From positions 1 through 48,414 of the IMG/VR virus record IMGVR_UViG_3300030376_003736: a stretch of 48,414 bases of DNA; one strand, written 5' to 3'. Source of the stretch: a virus. Lineage: Duplodnaviria > Caudoviricetes. This document shows positions 45,448-48,414 of the stretch, piece after piece. Every line of letters starts with the position of its first letter. The first letter of the stretch is position 1. The notes under the pieces are model-generated. The model was not told the DNA's origin, searched no databases, and worked only from the letters and a program-made list of their open reading frames with translations. Made by a program: the position numbers and the translations under genes.

Positions 45448-47336
45448 TATCTTCTACCATTTGGTCGCACATCCATACGCATAGCACCCACTCTAAACCC
45501 AACGCCAGATCTAACTCCTACGGATCCATCATCATCTGATTCAATTCTAAGGGCAGCTTGTCTTGCTCTAAGCCTAGTATCTATCTTTGTAGTTGTTGCA
45601 GTGCAAGTGTTTGTTGAATCAGTGGATAAACTTTCTCCGGGGTAGTTTCTTTGCTTTAATACAACGTTAATGGTTTGGTCACTTCCTCCATTTCCTGTGA
45701 ATTTAATATCTGGGATAATCTTACTGATAGATTGAAACTCTTCTCCGTTGCCTAATGCAAAGTCACTGGACTCTATAAACACGTTATCCATTGGAGAACC
45801 GTCAGCATCATTCCCTGTTTCATGGTTATACAAATAACCTACATCGCTTGTCGTGTAACCCCCTATAGGAGTATCAAATATTCCTTCATCGATCCAGGCT
45901 GTCCTGTTTAATTCACCTATGCTCCAAACACTGTCTTCGTAATTAAACACAACGTATTTACTAATCGTTATTTCTCCCGCAGCGCAATAGAACCAACCTA
46001 CTTCATCAAATTCTTTATTTAAGAATCCAAACACTTGGAAGGCCTGACCTTCATTTAGATCGCTAAATACATAATCTTGTACTGTGCACGGTATGTCTTG
46101 AACAGTTCCGTTGTAGGTATAAAACCCTTTTTTATCCATCCAAAATATACCTTTGGGAGTATTAACAGCAGCGTTAGGTCCAATAAGCCCCACCCCTTCA
46201 TTCACTAAATTAACTCCGAAAGTAAAAGGCTGACCGACAAAGGTCATTGAATAAAGTGAAGTATCTGTCCAAACCAAAGTTTCTTGTCTGGATCTGATTG
46301 CTCCAATAATTTGTGAGCCCGCTGATAATCTAAAAGACCCGGCAGTATTAGTGGATAAAGGCTCCCACTGAGCGGCGTTCTCTTGGTCACTCCATGCAAT
46401 AAACATTGGGTCTACTGCTCCTGTTCGAGAACTTCCAGAAATAGGATCTGCTCCAAAACAAATAACGTGTCTGTCTATATCACTAACTAAAGTTTGTAGC
46501 GCTATTGTAGGAGCTAAGTTTGCTCCAGATAAACTTGTTAAAGGGGTTGCTCTAGTTGTCCCTAAAGTAGCGGCACTAATATCAAAATAATATATTCCGC
46601 CAGCTCTTACATTCATAATTAGATCTTCACCAAAATTATCATGCGACCACAATCTTAATTGATTAGAGGATGTTATTGCTGTCGAAGACCCCCATGTTCC
46701 AGCACCCCAAGTTCCAGCACCCCAACCAGAAGATTCTACATATACGTCTAGTCCTACGTTGATTTGATACGCTCCTACTACGGAACTACCACCATTACCG
46801 CTGTCACTAGCGTTTGCTGTAACCGTGTCTCCGTCTGTGTCTTTTGCGGTTATCGTATAAGCATTCGCTGAGGTAACTAAATCTATTTGGTATTCTTGAT
46901 TTAAAACAGCAGCAGTGACTAAACCGCCTAAAGTAGCCGCACCACTAAAAGTAACAAAATCATTGGTAACTGCTCCATGACTCGTATCAGTAACGGTTAT
47001 TGTCGAACTACCGTTAGTAGCCGAAAAAGTAACATCTCCAGCAGAAGTAGTAACTCTTAAAGGAGTGACATCGTAAAAATTATCCCCCTCTTTAACGTAA
47101 TACTTCCAAGTAGCTCCTACTCCTAAGTATTTAGTAATTTCTAAATCCACCCAAGCGTGTAACGCTCTAGCTGTGGATTTAAAAGTATCTGAGGTGTTCT
47201 TTGCCCAACCACCTATTTTTTCAGGTAGGCCTTTACGGAATCTTATGAGATTAGAATCGAACCACCCACCATCATTAGAGTAATCGGTTCCTTCTCGGTT
47301 TATCCCTGGTCGAAATATGAACTTTTCTAATGACAT
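45447..47336 (-). CDS. Tail tube / head-stabilisation protein (P22 gp10-like) with a Thr/Ser-rich inserted domain
   Basis: FRPGINRE...RFRKGLPEKIGGW, WSHDNFGEDL, WSDQE, NTAG, FWM...FY.YNG; position before lysis and ejection genes. Confidence 0.7.
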   Translation of the reverse strand: MSLEKFIFRPGINREGTDYSNDGGWFDSNLIRFRKGLPEKIGGWAKNTSDTFKSTARALHAWVDLEITKYLGVGATWKYYVKEGDNFYDVTPLRVTTSAGDVTFSATNGSSTITVTDTSHGAVTNDFVTFSGAATLGGLVTAAVLNQEYQIDLVTSANAYTITAKDTDGDTVTANASDSGNGGSSVVGAYQINVGLDVYVESSGWGAGTWGAGTWGSSTAITSSNQLRLWSHDNFGEDLIMNVRAGGIYYFDISAATLGTTRATPLTSLSGANLAPTIALQTLVSDIDRHVICFGADPISGSSRTGAVDPMFIAWSDQENAAQWEPLSTNTAGSFRLSAGSQIIGAIRSRQETLVWTDTSLYSMTFVGQPFTFGVNLVNEGVGLIGPNAAVNTPKGIFWMDKKGFYTYNGTVQDIPCTVQDYVFSDLNEGQAFQVFGFLNKEFDEVGWFYCAAGEITISKYVVFNYEDSVWSIGELNRTAWIDEGIFDTPIGGYTTSDVGYLYNHETGNDADGSPMDNVFIESSDFALGNGEEFQSISKIIPDIKFTGNGGSDQTINVVLKQRNYPGESLSTDSTNTCTATTTKIDTRLRARQAALRIESDDDGSVGVRSGVGFRVGAMRMDVRPNGRR

Positions 47337-47344
47337 TGCACATT

Positions 47345-47521
47345 CTAAAAAACTTGACTACTAAGTATGCTGGCCATTCCAATGATTAAAGAGGCAAGTG
47401 TTGTAATAATTAACACTTCAAGACGTTTGATCCTATAAATAGTCTCACGCCACCTCTCGGCACAAACTGCTTCGTGCTTATCTAAATCGGCTGCAACTTC
47501 CATGGTAGTCCGTCTAGGCAT
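47345..47521 (-). CDS. Small membrane-anchored protein (58 aa)
   Basis: Manual translation ...HEAVCAERW...IKRLE followed by a C-terminal TM. Confidence 0.65.
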   Translation of the reverse strand: MPRRTTMEVAADLDKHEAVCAERWRETIYRIKRLEVLIITTLASLIIGMASILSSQVF

Positions 47522-47685
47522 TATTTATCCTTAGCTTTTCCTATGTTTAAAGCTAAAAAGTCTATGGCCTTATAAAGCTTACCTAGTAACTCATCTCCTT
47601 TAGGAGTAGGGGTTACGGCAGCCACTAATGAAGCTATTGCAATAATAGCGGTTATCCACATAAATATATTAATTAATGTCATCAT
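47521..47685 (-). CDS. Small holin-like membrane protein (54 aa)
   Basis: Manual translation MMTLINIFMWITAIIAIASLVAAVTPTPKGD...LALNIGKAKDK. Confidence 0.65.
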   Translation of the reverse strand: MMTLINIFMWITAIIAIASLVAAVTPTPKGDELLGKLYKAIDFLALNIGKAKDK

Positions 47686-47926
47686 TTTGTACCTCTTCTA
47701 TTTCTGTTGGTTGTTCTAACGTCTCTTCAGCGACTTCTTTAGAAGCCTCAATAAAAGCGTTTTGGAATACTGACATACTGGCAGCTACTTGGTCTAATTG
47801 AAATTTTAGACTGGCTTCTTTATTTTTCAAATCCAGTAATTGTGAGTGCAAGTATGTTTGTTGTTCGGACAACTCCGATACTTTTACCTCTTTATCATCT
47901 ATAAAGACTACGGCTTCTTCCGTCAT
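47669..47926 (-). CDS. Coiled-coil hypothetical protein
   Basis: AGGAG RBS; heptad pattern. Confidence 0.65.
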   Translation of the reverse strand: MTEEAVVFIDDKEVKVSELSEQQTYLHSQLLDLKNKEASLKFQLDQVAASMSVFQNAFIEASKEVAEETLEQPTEIEEVQNDDIN

Positions 47927-47934
47927 ATTTTCTC

Positions 47935-48240
47935 CTAGTTTGCTGCTATATAAGCTTTACCAGTTGTAACTGCTGCAACGTGAGTAGTTTTTTTACTATC
48001 TGCTGCTCCTTTTACATCTGGAGTATCATCATCTGAATCAACAGGCTCGTAAGCTAATATAACTTCTAAGTGGTCAACATTACGTTGTATCACTTCATTT
48101 ATATCTGCTTGAGACATATCTGTATCTGCGTCTGCTGACCCACCAACATGAACTGATTTTTTGCCGTTAGTATTAACGTCATTTATCAAGGTTACGCTAT
48201 CGCTTCCAGCCGCTAAACATTCTGTTACTGTTTGTGCCAT
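47935..48240 (-). CDS. Hypothetical protein after the tail fibre
   Basis: AGGAG RBS; QRNVDHLEVIL motif. Confidence 0.65.
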   Translation of the reverse strand: MAQTVTECLAAGSDSVTLINDVNTNGKKSVHVGGSADADTDMSQADINEVIQRNVDHLEVILAYEPVDSDDDTPDVKGAADSKKTTHVAAVTTGKAYIAAN

Positions 48241-48243
48241 TTT

Positions 48244-48414
48244 TTACTCCTTATTATTAAGTTTATCTTCTAATTCTTCGACCTTTGCCGAAAGTTCTTG
48301 TACTGCTTTGATAAGAGGGTGAACAAACATCTCTTGTGAAACCGATTGGATAGTATTATCTATTTCATTCCACCCACCAAAGTCTGTAATATTATGTTTA
48401 TCTAAGGATGCTTT
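48244..48414 (-). CDS. C-terminus of a tail fibre with S74-type intramolecular chaperone (partial)
   Basis: Manual translation ...QSVSQEMFVHPLIKAVQELSAKVEELE..., the typical end of this domain. Confidence 0.75.
   Translation of the reverse strand, partial: KASLDKHNITDFGGWNEIDNTIQSVSQEMFVHPLIKAVQELSAKVEELEDKLNNKE

Noticed and set aside
1-48414. Major capsid protein, RNA polymerase, integrase, reverse transcriptase/DGR
   Set aside because: No ORF shows the diagnostic motifs; capsid genes probably lie outside the window.

Overview
The window is about 48 kb of a tailed dsDNA bacteriophage. Gene content and style suggest a marine podovirus-like phage, but host and taxonomy cannot be read from sequence alone. 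No integrase, rRNA, tRNA or CRISPR array was seen. Layout: (1) packaging genes on the - strand (portal, TerL, HNH-like nuclease, VRR-NUC resolvase, TerS), interrupted by a + strand island of small early-type genes and a non-coding zone rich in long palindromes and short repeats (5.2-12.1 kb); (2) accessory genes (AhpC peroxiredoxin, DUF1289, MT-A70 and C5 DNA methyltransferases, SNase-like nuclease); (3) a translationally coupled - strand operon at 26.2-20.2 kb encoding a small membrane protein, CsgF, CsgG, two secreted curlin-repeat proteins, a FecR-domain protein and a CHASE2-transmembrane class III nucleotidyl cyclase, followed immediately by a 1107-aa paralog of the large internal virion protein; (4) a replication module (SNF2 helicase, SSB-like protein, AEP primase, UvrD-like helicase, Leu762-type PolA, PD-(D/E)XK exonuclease); (5) virion and lysis genes on the - strand (large ejection-type proteins, holins, T4-like lysozyme, tail/head-stabilisation protein, end of a tail fibre). 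The most striking item is the phage-borne curli-secretion plus FecR plus CHASE2-cyclase operon, which looks like a complete cell-surface amyloid and second-messenger signalling system. All family calls are from motif recognition by eye; no searches were run.
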